From Candidatus Poseidoniaceae archaeon (GTDB lineage: Archaea; Thermoplasmatota; Poseidoniia; Poseidoniales; Poseidoniaceae), in assembly GCA_028822845.1 (NCBI GenBank), contig JAPKCS010000001.1:68416-132415 (forward strand): 64,000 nt of DNA, read 5' to 3'. Position numbers and translations under genes: made by a program. The notes under the pieces were generated by a model. The model was given only the letters and a program-made list of their open reading frames with translations, was not told the DNA's origin and made no database searches. Shown here piece after piece: positions 43,201 through 55,680 of the stretch (within the stretch, counting starts at the first letter, position 1; every line of letters starts with the position of its first letter).

Positions 43201-45009
43201 TTTGCTCGCTCTTCTGGAGCGGACCCTCTGATTATGATTGGTTCTTCCAGCAACGCAAGCGTTGAATTCAGCGAAAGCCATCTCTACGACGCCGGAAGCG
43301 GCTGCATCAAATCCTTTGCAACAGAAGGGCAACTCCATCTCACCGACCTCACCGTGGCGACATGCAATGGTGTTGGTCTCTGGGCCAGGCAGGCAAACAT
43401 CCACGTGGATGGATTCACACTCAACAACGGATTTACGCACGGATTTGAACTGACTGCCGTTAAAGGAAGCATGGCAAACATCGATGCGACAGGCTTTGAT
43501 GGCAGCGGATACATCGGGTGGTTGGAATCCATTGATGGCGACTTTTTGCTGTCCAACCTCAACGGTACAGTTGGGTCGATGGGCGGTCTTGCAGGTGCCA
43601 ACAATCGGTTCCTTGATCTGGAAACCATCCAAATCACCGGCGCTCCAGCTGTTGATTTCGATAACACAGCTGGTGAGATAAACGGAATGATCTTGAATGG
43701 TTTGGGAACAGGTACAGCCTTTTCGAGCCACCATGGTCGCTCAATGGATTCGCTCATCGTCGAGGGCCTCAGCGCAGCAAATTATGCTGTTGCGGTCGAT
43801 TTACATGCAGATGAAAACGACGGGAGCGTTGCTCCCTTGATCCTTCGCTCCCCGGACCTTCTTGCATCCTCTGTCCTCTCAGCCGAAGTGTACCCTGCTC
43901 GGATCGAAGGAGGTCAACTTGTTGGCGAGGTTGCTGCCTCAGGCTCAATCACGATCGACTTGGTTGATGTGACCGCCGATCTAACCTCGGTCTACGACGG
44001 GGCTGTGCTGAAGATGTGGAAGACATTCAACATCGATGCACAGGTCAACGGGGCCTCAATCGCAGTTGATTTCACCATCGACACAATTGGACATACGCCC
44101 TCTTACTCGATGGTAGCCAGCGGTTCATCCGTCTTGCTTGAACTACCAATGATGGTGGTTGAAGAGGGTGCTTCGACATCGTTGCAATCAATCACGGTTG
44201 TAGCCTCAGCAACCGGGCTACCACTTCAATCACGAACGGTCAACGTCAGCGAAGGCATGAACACGACACTTGTGGTGGCAATGGCTTTGAACGGCGCACC
44301 ACTTGTTGAGATTTCGAAACCATATTCCGGCCAACGGGCCATGGAAACAACACCGTTAGCAGCCGAGGTGACCTACAGCGACGACCTTGATTCAATCGAG
44401 GATTTGGCGATTCAATGGATCATCACCGACGCTACAGGCGATGAAGTCACGCAGGGTCCAAACGAATCCCAATTCAACATCACAGGCCTACCTTACGGGT
44501 TCTATGTGCTCGAAGCGGTGGTCACCGATGCACTTGGTGCATCCTCAAGCGACACCGTTGATTTTGAAATCACACAACTCGATACCGATGGGGACTGGAA
44601 CAACGCTTGCATCTACACTCAGGCGACTGAGGTTTGGTTTAACGCAGAACTCGGGTTCCCTTGCGGCCCAGATCAACAAGACACAGACGACGACAACGAT
44701 GGCTACCCCGATGCCCGAGATGACTACCCGATGGACCCATGTGCATGGATTGACACCGATCAGGATGGGCAACCAGACACCGTGGATTGCCCTGCAGGTA
44801 TGACAACCTGGTTGTTCGCAGACCAAGACGACGACAACGACGGCGTCCCTGATGTCATGGAAGGCACGACCACCAAAGAAACCAGTGACTTTTCTACGGG
44901 AACGCTGCTCCTCATGGCCTTGATTGGAGCCGCAATTTTGCTGTTTGTTCTTCGCATGCGTAAAGGCGGCGGCGATGACATCGGCGAGCTCAATCTAGGG
45001 CATCTTTGA
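40282..45009 (+). CDS. 1575-aa membrane-anchored surface protein with right-handed parallel beta-helix-like repeats, C-terminal TSP3-like Ca-binding repeats, a TM helix and a short cytoplasmic tail
   Basis: Signal peptide (likely start at MRTLQA, 40312). Repeated N.T/G.V..S.N beta-helix-like segments. C-terminus DTDDDNDGYPDARDDYPMD...DQDDDNDGVPD, then TM LLLMALIGAAILLFVLRMRKGG. Confidence 0.65.
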   Translation: MIWLAREQSTMRTLQASTLVSLLLLASLSAVFPHALAADTTVNSETTWSGAVVLTGNVTVANGTTLTIKPGTTVDGGDDHWILVKGTLLATETTFSSSHTPLTQGSHGAGLWVGLHVETTGHAVLTNITINNAKTAVRNDGQLHASDLIINDAYIGINNAGTATVARLTANDIDYDVVRNPGHFTLEEATITKVAGGIISSGTATISDASFIQTGSALKATAGQFDATRIGFDAVTVGIASRAGASMSVSSITGTDVALTVDAGNSDDLTLTNMVVEGHRLLVASGATMVSGHDITFVGDLNETRATIDQRCSGVCSWTETTLNNVVWGLALSGEGTHMLTNVTAVATERNLDASGNGALIATELNLSGSAAAISLRGPDSDIDGASISLTSANSIGLDVLDGLHDWKDVEISKPYSSQDLTSIGVKAWYSTIAVQALSITHFATGIDASDATITGDTITAVDGKTTGLVLHDSAVTVDTLSTRVFSTGVHMEGDSTLHVTDWLADLHATPLNLDTDCTAIVRNFQPQNTQASSSDALGDGSLLYGGSTTASIATSSSAFFEETPVTFTDLAGSPVEATILVHGFTVMSNSNGAATLPLLAQGSTVDVSLGGAGIRVVLYGATMGQSVQVAVIPQGDWTITSGQTVYLGARLDGSPHILSGDLTLETGSGLQLDHTTLLLPSTGSVSVQGTAQLFGDASTISAQSFTMGLDSTLSSSNAEDGLTVIGNVSWSCQTLRTSEYVHIQGNLMLQPGCKLDLLAGTVSGSVSALTGAELNVLSKLTVRVLDQGTPVEGALISVDGAVASTGTDGRLSTTAIARKVTDSSEIVGGIKNINLQIGSFTDFVTWDSSTSFDHTFMASRIDGGTLEQWLVLESQWSPYFLDEDLTVAQTGTLSIDDGVSVRISEGHTITVDGTMNVGDATLSSTGQGARWGGMHLGSLTSSSIDLSATSIFEASPALTVSSLGRFSADGSDFARSSGADPLIMIGSSSNASVEFSESHLYDAGSGCIKSFATEGQLHLTDLTVATCNGVGLWARQANIHVDGFTLNNGFTHGFELTAVKGSMANIDATGFDGSGYIGWLESIDGDFLLSNLNGTVGSMGGLAGANNRFLDLETIQITGAPAVDFDNTAGEINGMILNGLGTGTAFSSHHGRSMDSLIVEGLSAANYAVAVDLHADENDGSVAPLILRSPDLLASSVLSAEVYPARIEGGQLVGEVAASGSITIDLVDVTADLTSVYDGAVLKMWKTFNIDAQVNGASIAVDFTIDTIGHTPSYSMVASGSSVLLELPMMVVEEGASTSLQSITVVASATGLPLQSRTVNVSEGMNTTLVVAMALNGAPLVEISKPYSGQRAMETTPLAAEVTYSDDLDSIEDLAIQWIITDATGDEVTQGPNESQFNITGLPYGFYVLEAVVTDALGASSSDTVDFEITQLDTDGDWNNACIYTQATEVWFNAELGFPCGPDQQDTDDDNDGYPDARDDYPMDPCAWIDTDQDGQPDTVDCPAGMTTWLFADQDDDNDGVPDVMEGTTTKETSDFSTGTLLLMALIGAAILLFVLRMRKGGGDDIGELNLGHL

Positions 45010-45018
45010 GGTGGAATC

Positions 45019-45585
45019 ATGGAACCATCCTTGCCAGACCCGAACACGTTTGCAGCATTGGCAGTAGCTGTGCTTTTCGGCATTGTTGTTTGGGACGCTT
45101 ATTGGCTCACACGGCAACGCCTCGATGTTCCAACATTGGGTGAATTATCCAATGGAGGGTTTGCCTGGGAGAGCCAGGGCGCTCAGGAATTGATTCGGCA
45201 GTGGGGCAACCTCGGTTCAATGGCAGCGATGATGGTTTTGCCCTGGGGGCTCGTCGGTGCCTCAAACACAAGCCCCGCCTACGCCATCGCGTGGGATGTA
45301 TGCCTGACATTGCATTTGATTTCCCTTTTGATTCCAAAGCGATATGCGGTCACTCGAACCCATGCTTTTGCCGATGGGCAGCGGTACGATTGGCAACGAC
45401 TCCGCCTTGCAGGCCGCCAACCCGCTCGCAGAATTATGCTGCTCAGAAAGGGCTGGGGCATCTTTGGCCCATTGCCCCTCGGCGGAGTCCAAAACGATTT
45501 GACCATCGCACGTGAGCGCATCTCTATCGCCATCGACCATGCCGAACAATGGCCTCGGTTTGAATCCAAGAAGCAAGAGGAATGA
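45019..45585 (+). CDS. Membrane protein (3-4 TM), unknown function
   Basis: Hydrophobic segments (FAALAVAVLFGIVVW, MAAMMVLPWGLVGA). No recognisable domain. Confidence 0.4.
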   Translation: MEPSLPDPNTFAALAVAVLFGIVVWDAYWLTRQRLDVPTLGELSNGGFAWESQGAQELIRQWGNLGSMAAMMVLPWGLVGASNTSPAYAIAWDVCLTLHLISLLIPKRYAVTRTHAFADGQRYDWQRLRLAGRQPARRIMLLRKGWGIFGPLPLGGVQNDLTIARERISIAIDHAEQWPRFESKKQEE

Positions 45586-45594
45586 GCGTTATGC

Positions 45595-45602
45595 TCAATA
45601 AT
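45595..45602 (+). promoter_or_regulatory. TATA-like box TCAATAAT about 26 nt upstream of the ATG at 45624
   Basis: gctcaataatcgagttcgctgtcagtgattcATG. Confidence 0.3.
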
Positions 45603-45623
45603 CGAGTTCGCTGTCAGTGATTC

Positions 45624-46052
45624 ATGGAATGGACACGAAGCAACGATGATTTATTTTTGGTGCTTGAACCAGGTGAAGAAATTCACGCCTCAATTCGTGC
45701 GCTTGCAGAAAAGTTGGACATCAAGGCCGCAGCGATCACAAGCGGTATTGGCCGCACCCGAATGAACGTTCACGGGTTCATGGATCACAAGCACATTTAC
45801 CACCGCTGGACTCAGGAAGAACCCTGCGAATTGGTCAGCCTCCAAGGCAACCTTGCACTCATGGAAGATGGAAGCCCATTTACCCACATTCACGCCACAT
45901 TCACCGACAACGACAACGTCGTCCATGCCGGGCACATGTTCGAAGCGACTGTTGAAGTTGTAGCAGAGATTCATTTGCGCATTCTTTCGAAAGCCATCAT
46001 GACCCGCTGCCCAATGGCGGACAGCGAATTCGTTGCTCTCAAATTTGATTGA
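45624..46052 (+). CDS. PPC-domain (DUF296) predicted DNA-binding protein
   Basis: LFLVLEPGEEIHASIRALAEKLDIKAAAITSGIG...LVSLQGNLAL...HIHATFTD..VHAGHMFEATVEVVAEIHL matches the PPC/DUF296 consensus. Confidence 0.6.
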   Translation: MEWTRSNDDLFLVLEPGEEIHASIRALAEKLDIKAAAITSGIGRTRMNVHGFMDHKHIYHRWTQEEPCELVSLQGNLALMEDGSPFTHIHATFTDNDNVVHAGHMFEATVEVVAEIHLRILSKAIMTRCPMADSEFVALKFD

Positions 46053-46070
46053 AGTGGCTACAGGCGATGC

Positions 46071-46078
46071 TTCAATAG
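46071..46078 (+). promoter_or_regulatory. TATA-like box TTCAATAG about 27 nt upstream of the ligA ATG at 46101
   Basis: gcttcaataggtctggaccatctgtttgaatcATG. Confidence 0.3.
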
Positions 46079-46097
46079 GTCTGGACCATCTGTTTGA

Positions 46098-50911
<4,814 letters not shown>

Positions 50912-50912
50912 T

Positions 50913-52040
50913 GTGTTCCAACTCCGAGTAAAAGTCCTTCTTCTTCTGCTGGTTCTTCTTGGTTCCACAACCTTCGGAGCAGCTGAACCTGGTGGAAACG
51001 GGGACGGTCTTCGCGACATGCAATGCGGTGGGGCCTGCCATGGTGACGCTGGACAAAATGCGACGTCTTCGCTTTCTCTTTCCATTGAAACGCCTGAACA
51101 TGTGTGGGCCGGCCAGCCCACAGAAGTGACCATCGTCGTCGCGGGTGTTGATGTGAGCCATGACGAAGATTTGGTTGGCCTCTTCCTTTTGTCGAGTACA
51201 AATGCGAACGGAGACACGCCTCTATCGAATGGCTGGGAAATCCTCTCTGATGGCAGCGGAGGGACCGGTAATTACGTCGAACGCTCAACCGATGGCAGCG
51301 GCGCCTCGCTTCAACACACCTGGATCTTACGAGCAGATGCAATCGGGGAGCGGACCCTGTTCGCTTCAGTGCATCATGGTGATGCAACGGGCTCATCTCA
51401 AGGCCGGCCCTTTTTCGGAATCTCTGAAGCCTTTGTGATCAACATCGAACCGGTGCCTGAAGACCTCCCACGCTTGCACGAAGATTTCGTGCCACCCAGC
51501 ATGAGGGAAGTCGGCGAAGTGACGCTTGTCGAACTTCAGACCAAATTCACGGAAACGGTTGCCGTCGAATGGCAAACCGAAGATGGGGTGACCCTCGAAG
51601 CATCGGTGAACGCATCGGGAGAACAGGTGTGGGAATTCACGCTCCCTGCAACACTCAAACCCTCAAGCCTACAATGGCGTGCTACCTTCACCGGGCAAGG
51701 TCCTGAACAAACCACACCCTGGTTTACACTCGCTGCCCAAGTCACGCCGGCAGAAGTTGATGACCGGCCGATTTACATCCAAGGTCTCGCCATGGGCCTG
51801 CTTCTTTTCGGTGCTGTTGTGGCTTTACAAAAGCCTCGAACAAACTCAGAAGATCTTCTCAAAACCTTTGATCAAACAGTAGAAATCCAAACCATCCAAG
51901 CCGCAGATTCGGTGGTCGAGTCGACATCAGACGCTCCTGCACCGCTGCCAGAAGGGGGCTTGCCACCGGGTTGGACCGAAGAGCAGTGGGCTTGGTATGG
52001 GCATGAATACCTCGCCGGAACTTACGGAGGTGGCCAGTGA
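50913..52040 (+). CDS. 376-aa secreted protein paralogous at its N-terminus to the preceding gene (Cys-x3-Cys-His module), with a TM helix near the C-terminus
   Basis: SD GGAGGG 7 nt upstream of the GTG at 50913 (the ORF track starts at 50844). Signal MFQLRVKVLLLLLVLLGSTTFGAA. QCGGACHG...SLSLSIETP...AGQPTEVTIVVAGV parallels the upstream protein. TM LAMGLLLFGAVVAL. Confidence 0.55.
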   Translation: MFQLRVKVLLLLLVLLGSTTFGAAEPGGNGDGLRDMQCGGACHGDAGQNATSSLSLSIETPEHVWAGQPTEVTIVVAGVDVSHDEDLVGLFLLSSTNANGDTPLSNGWEILSDGSGGTGNYVERSTDGSGASLQHTWILRADAIGERTLFASVHHGDATGSSQGRPFFGISEAFVINIEPVPEDLPRLHEDFVPPSMREVGEVTLVELQTKFTETVAVEWQTEDGVTLEASVNASGEQVWEFTLPATLKPSSLQWRATFTGQGPEQTTPWFTLAAQVTPAEVDDRPIYIQGLAMGLLLFGAVVALQKPRTNSEDLLKTFDQTVEIQTIQAADSVVESTSDAPAPLPEGGLPPGWTEEQWAWYGHEYLAGTYGGGQ

Positions 52041-52597
52041 TGGTCTCGTCCAATACGTTCCACGTCGTTGCGACCGAATTGGTGGTGGGGGCTTATTCTC
52101 TTGCAGGCATCGCCTTCGTGTTTTGTTTGGTTTGTCCGTGGTTGCCAACATCCCTCAAAGAAAAGCGATCAGCGGGCGACGCAGTTGCCCATTCCGCCCT
52201 CATGTTCGGCATCATTGCTACACCTTTTGCCATCTGGAGCGGGTTATCTTCTGCTCCTAGCGGGGACATGGGAAGCCCATTGCTGGCCAACAAAATGCTG
52301 CTTTCAATGAGCGGGCTCGGACTTGCTTTGGGCGCGCTGGTTGGCCGTTGGCGCATTGGGGCCGCGATTTGGGAGACGAAGCGATCGAGCATCATTCAAG
52401 CATGTTCGGGAGCGGGTGCAACAGGTCTGATGTTGCTTACAGCCTCAGCCGGTGGAAAGTTCTCACGAGGCGAGTCCTTGCTGGACTGGCTCCATCTACC
52501 CTACAATGAGGTTATGCTGATGCCAACATACCTCAGCGTAATCTTGCTTCTTCTCGGGCTTACTTGCACCGTGATTGGCTTCAGGCCTACCGATTAA
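52037..52597 (+). CDS. Polytopic membrane protein (~5 TM), unknown function
   Basis: Start overlaps the previous stop by 4 nt. Hydrophobic throughout. Confidence 0.45.
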   Translation: MMVSSNTFHVVATELVVGAYSLAGIAFVFCLVCPWLPTSLKEKRSAGDAVAHSALMFGIIATPFAIWSGLSSAPSGDMGSPLLANKMLLSMSGLGLALGALVGRWRIGAAIWETKRSSIIQACSGAGATGLMLLTASAGGKFSRGESLLDWLHLPYNEVMLMPTYLSVILLLLGLTCTVIGFRPTD

Positions 52598-53436
52598 CTG
52601 TACATCGAGTTGCCCTGGGTCGATTCAGGTAAGTCAGCGCCATCCATCATCGATTTGATTTGAGCTTCGAGGAGTTCTGCTTCCTCAATAAGCGGCTGAT
52701 GAGGTAAATCAATAGCCGGCAGATAGGCATTCAGATGTTCGATAAGGGTTGCTGCTGCGCGAGCATCAGGGAAGCGAGGATCCGCTTCAACCATAATGGA
52801 CATGAGGTCCAAACCTCTTCGTCGTGCTTCGCTAAGAATCGCGGCGTTGATGCCCTTGATCACGCCTTGGTTCAGGAGCGGGATGCCCAATTCTTTGAGC
52901 ATTTCTCGGACCTTTGCATTGGCACCAATACCGACGACGTCGACGCCTTCGGTGTCATCGTATTCAACGGACGGTTCTGAACCATTGAGGTTGCCTTTCA
53001 TTCCTTCTTTGGCAAATGCATCGATGACGACACCCGCAACGATGTTATTTTCTTTTGACCATTCAAACATAGCCCAGACAATGTCGTGGATCAATGGTTC
53101 AGGAATCACAAGTTCGCTCATCAATAGAATGACCTGATCGCAGCCTTCAATGGTGCACTTAGGACTGCCTGCATAGGCGCGAATAACCGGCATTGGTTCA
53201 CCATCGTTGACGAGGGTAATCACCGGTAGACGGTTGTCGACAACAGCCCCAACGAATTCAAGGCCGAGGTGATCGATTAGAAAATGAGCTACCACGCTCG
53301 AAACCATGCCGATGCTTGGGAAGCACGCGACAACGAGTGCGTTTTCCGTGTTGACGTCCTTCGTGATGCGAACTTTTGCGCCTTCCATGCTTTCCTGACA
53401 AGCCCCCTTCTGTATCAACACTTTGCCTCCATTGGA
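52594..53436 (-). CDS. PAC2-family (proteasome assembly chaperone 2-like) protein
   Basis: MEGAKVRITKDVNTENALVVACFPSIGMVSSVVAHFLIDHLGLEFVG matches the PAC2 N-terminal consensus. The ORF track starts 22 codons earlier, at 53502. Confidence 0.55.
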   Translation of the reverse strand, partial: SNGGKVLIQKGACQESMEGAKVRITKDVNTENALVVACFPSIGMVSSVVAHFLIDHLGLEFVGAVVDNRLPVITLVNDGEPMPVIRAYAGSPKCTIEGCDQVILLMSELVIPEPLIHDIVWAMFEWSKENNIVAGVVIDAFAKEGMKGNLNGSEPSVEYDDTEGVDVVGIGANAKVREMLKELGIPLLNQGVIKGINAAILSEARRRGLDLMSIMVEADPRFPDARAAATLIEHLNAYLPAIDLPHQPLIEEAELLEAQIKSMMDGADLPESTQGNSMYS

Positions 53437-53478
53437 TGAGGCCGGTGGCTTCATGTTCGTTGAGGTCAAGCATATTCT

Positions 53479-54645
53479 ATGGCCGATGTAGCACGACCCC
53501 ACATGCTTTCTCCATCAGCCTGGAACCGTTACGAAACCTGCCCCCGTATGTACTGGTTGAGCCGGCAAGGCCTGCCAAGGAAAGCAGGTATGGCGGCATC
53601 AGTCGGAACCGCCGTCCACGCCTCAATTGAGGACCTCGTCAACCTTGACATCAGCGCAAAACCAGATGCCGAAAGCGGATGGATTGTTGCTGAGGCTGAG
53701 CGGGTACTGAAGGTACGCTGGGAGGAAGAGAAAGCCGTGTTCATGGCCACACCACGTCGGCCAAAATGGAAGGAAGAAAAGTGGAAGGACGCCTTACAAC
53801 ACCAACGCGGTGGTATCATCATGCTTCTCGACCACGTCGGCGTTCGGGGCCTCGATCACGAAAGAATTACCGCCGCATTGTGGCGAAGAATCCAATCCGC
53901 AGCAATCGCAGTGGAAGGTGAATTGAAAACGGCTGATGGTCGTTTGATGGGGCGTCTCGATTTGTTGATGACCGACCTTGACGAAGCAGGCCAACCCCAA
54001 GGGTGGCTGGTTGCAGATCTCAAGACCGGACGGATCCCTGAAGGCGAGTTGAAGGTTGATGTCAACCGTCAATTGCGGATGTATCGCGACATTCTCCTCT
54101 CCAATAACCCGGGTGCTCCACCGGTACGAACGGAAGGCTGGTACACACACGATTCGTCAAAGTGGGCTGCGGTCGGCGAGAGCGTTTTGGAAGACGCTTA
54201 TGCTGCTTGGCAGGCCACCATACCAACGCCCCTCCCCATGGAACCCACAGTGGGGGACGCCTCATGCGGCGGGTTCTGCGATTGGAAAGCATGGTGCCCA
54301 CATTGGTGGAATTGGCGGCATGAGAACGGAACGCTTCACAAAAGTGATTTCGCAGATGCCGTTGTCCTCCTCCAAGAATTCGATCCTTCTACTGGTGCTG
54401 CCGTGTTGGAGCTCTGCGAGCCGCTAAACAAAGATGGACGCGCCGTTCCAACAGGGGTGCATCAATCTGCTCGGTTTTCTGACCGTGGCAAAGAAGCCCT
54501 CCAAGAAACACTTGCAAGCGGGCACCAAGGAGCACTCTTCCTCGGATCCATCATGACGGCTCAACGGGTTTGGCGCGTTGGTCATTGGTGCGATGTTTTG
54601 CCCTGGAGCCCGATGCCGGACGGCGTTGAACACCACCGAACGTGA
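53479..54645 (+). CDS. PD-(D/E)XK nuclease of the Cas4/RecB-like family with a 4-Cys Fe-S cluster motif, plus a C-terminal extension of unknown function
   Basis: N-terminal Cys (YETCPRMY). Nuclease motif VADLKTG (D-x-K). C-terminal CGGFCDWKAWC gives three further Cys. About 110 extra C-terminal residues. Confidence 0.55.
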   Translation: MADVARPHMLSPSAWNRYETCPRMYWLSRQGLPRKAGMAASVGTAVHASIEDLVNLDISAKPDAESGWIVAEAERVLKVRWEEEKAVFMATPRRPKWKEEKWKDALQHQRGGIIMLLDHVGVRGLDHERITAALWRRIQSAAIAVEGELKTADGRLMGRLDLLMTDLDEAGQPQGWLVADLKTGRIPEGELKVDVNRQLRMYRDILLSNNPGAPPVRTEGWYTHDSSKWAAVGESVLEDAYAAWQATIPTPLPMEPTVGDASCGGFCDWKAWCPHWWNWRHENGTLHKSDFADAVVLLQEFDPSTGAAVLELCEPLNKDGRAVPTGVHQSARFSDRGKEALQETLASGHQGALFLGSIMTAQRVWRVGHWCDVLPWSPMPDGVEHHRT

Positions 54646-54697
54646 GAAGGAAGTGCATTCTCTAGCCATGGTTAACAAGCCATAGCAAGGCTTTGGT

Positions 54698-55519
54698 TCA
54701 CAGATTTCCAAGGTAGGTCCGAACGCGTTCTCTCGCATCATCGTCTTCGATGCCTTTGGGTGACAGCAGCCATTGGATGTAACGCGGATCTTCATTTTGA
54801 ACTTCGCTCAGGTGGCGTCCTTTGTGCCGGCCAAAGGCGAGCACCATATGTCCACCATCAATTCGAATTTTCCCAAGGTTGTCGACCGGTTCAAGGTCGG
54901 TTAAACCACGCCCAAGGTCCGAAGAGTCAGGGCTGGCAGCTCCGTGGACAGCCCAGCGTTCAATCTCTTCAACAGATTTGCGGAATGATGGTGCATGATC
55001 AACAGAGAGCCTCCAAAACAGAAGCAGCGATGCAGCAGCGTCAGCAGCAGCGGTGTGGGCGTTTTTGAGTTCAATTCCATGGCGCGTGCATTGCGGCCCA
55101 AGGCCGTGCGGCCGTCCGATTTTCAACCGGCGGACCAGTTCATAGGTGTCCATGATTGCTTTGGGTTTTGGTGCTTGTTTTCCGAGGCGGAGGTACTCGT
55201 TTTCCAACATTGACATGTCGAATTTCCGCACGTTATGACCGACGATGATTGCACCTTCGATGAGTTCGCTGACAGCGTCAGCGATGGTCGAAAAGTCCCC
55301 TTTTGAACGAACATCCGGATCGTAGATGCCATGAACGCCACTTGCTCCAGCGGGGATGGGGCGTCGGGGATTGACGAGTTGCTCATAATGAATTTCGGAC
55401 CCGTCAGGGTTGGCTCCGACCAGGGCTAACTGGACCACTCGGTCGTATTGAGTGGACACGCCAGTCGTCTCCAAATCGAAAGCGAGCACTCGCTCACCAG
55501 CCAAGAGGTCTGCGGCCAT
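54698..55519 (-). CDS. DEDDh 3'-5' exonuclease (DnaQ / Pol III epsilon-like) fused to a C-terminal DUF3820-like domain
   Basis: Exo I LAFDLETTG, Exo II/III blocks (HNVRKFD, HTAAADAAAS). C-terminal FGRHKGRHLSEVQNEDPRYIQWLL resembles DUF3820. Confidence 0.7.
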   Translation of the reverse strand: MAADLLAGERVLAFDLETTGVSTQYDRVVQLALVGANPDGSEIHYEQLVNPRRPIPAGASGVHGIYDPDVRSKGDFSTIADAVSELIEGAIIVGHNVRKFDMSMLENEYLRLGKQAPKPKAIMDTYELVRRLKIGRPHGLGPQCTRHGIELKNAHTAAADAAASLLLFWRLSVDHAPSFRKSVEEIERWAVHGAASPDSSDLGRGLTDLEPVDNLGKIRIDGGHMVLAFGRHKGRHLSEVQNEDPRYIQWLLSPKGIEDDDARERVRTYLGNL

Positions 55520-55680
55520 AGCAACACACTAACGCCGTCCCTCTTTCAACATCTCCCAACCATAGAGAAGAGGCCATGTTTGAACAGGCGGCAAACCACC
55601 GGGCACAAAGCATCGAAAAACTTGGATATTCAGACATCAAACGGCTGAAGATTTAACCCTCGGGCACCGAACACGCAGGT

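Noticed and set aside
50940-51080. c-type cytochrome (haem CxxCH) call for the CGGACH / CSCH proteins
   Set aside because: The spacing is Cx3CH and Cx1CH rather than CxxCH, and no cytochrome c maturation genes are visible. I kept it as an unusual motif finding rather than a cytochrome annotation.
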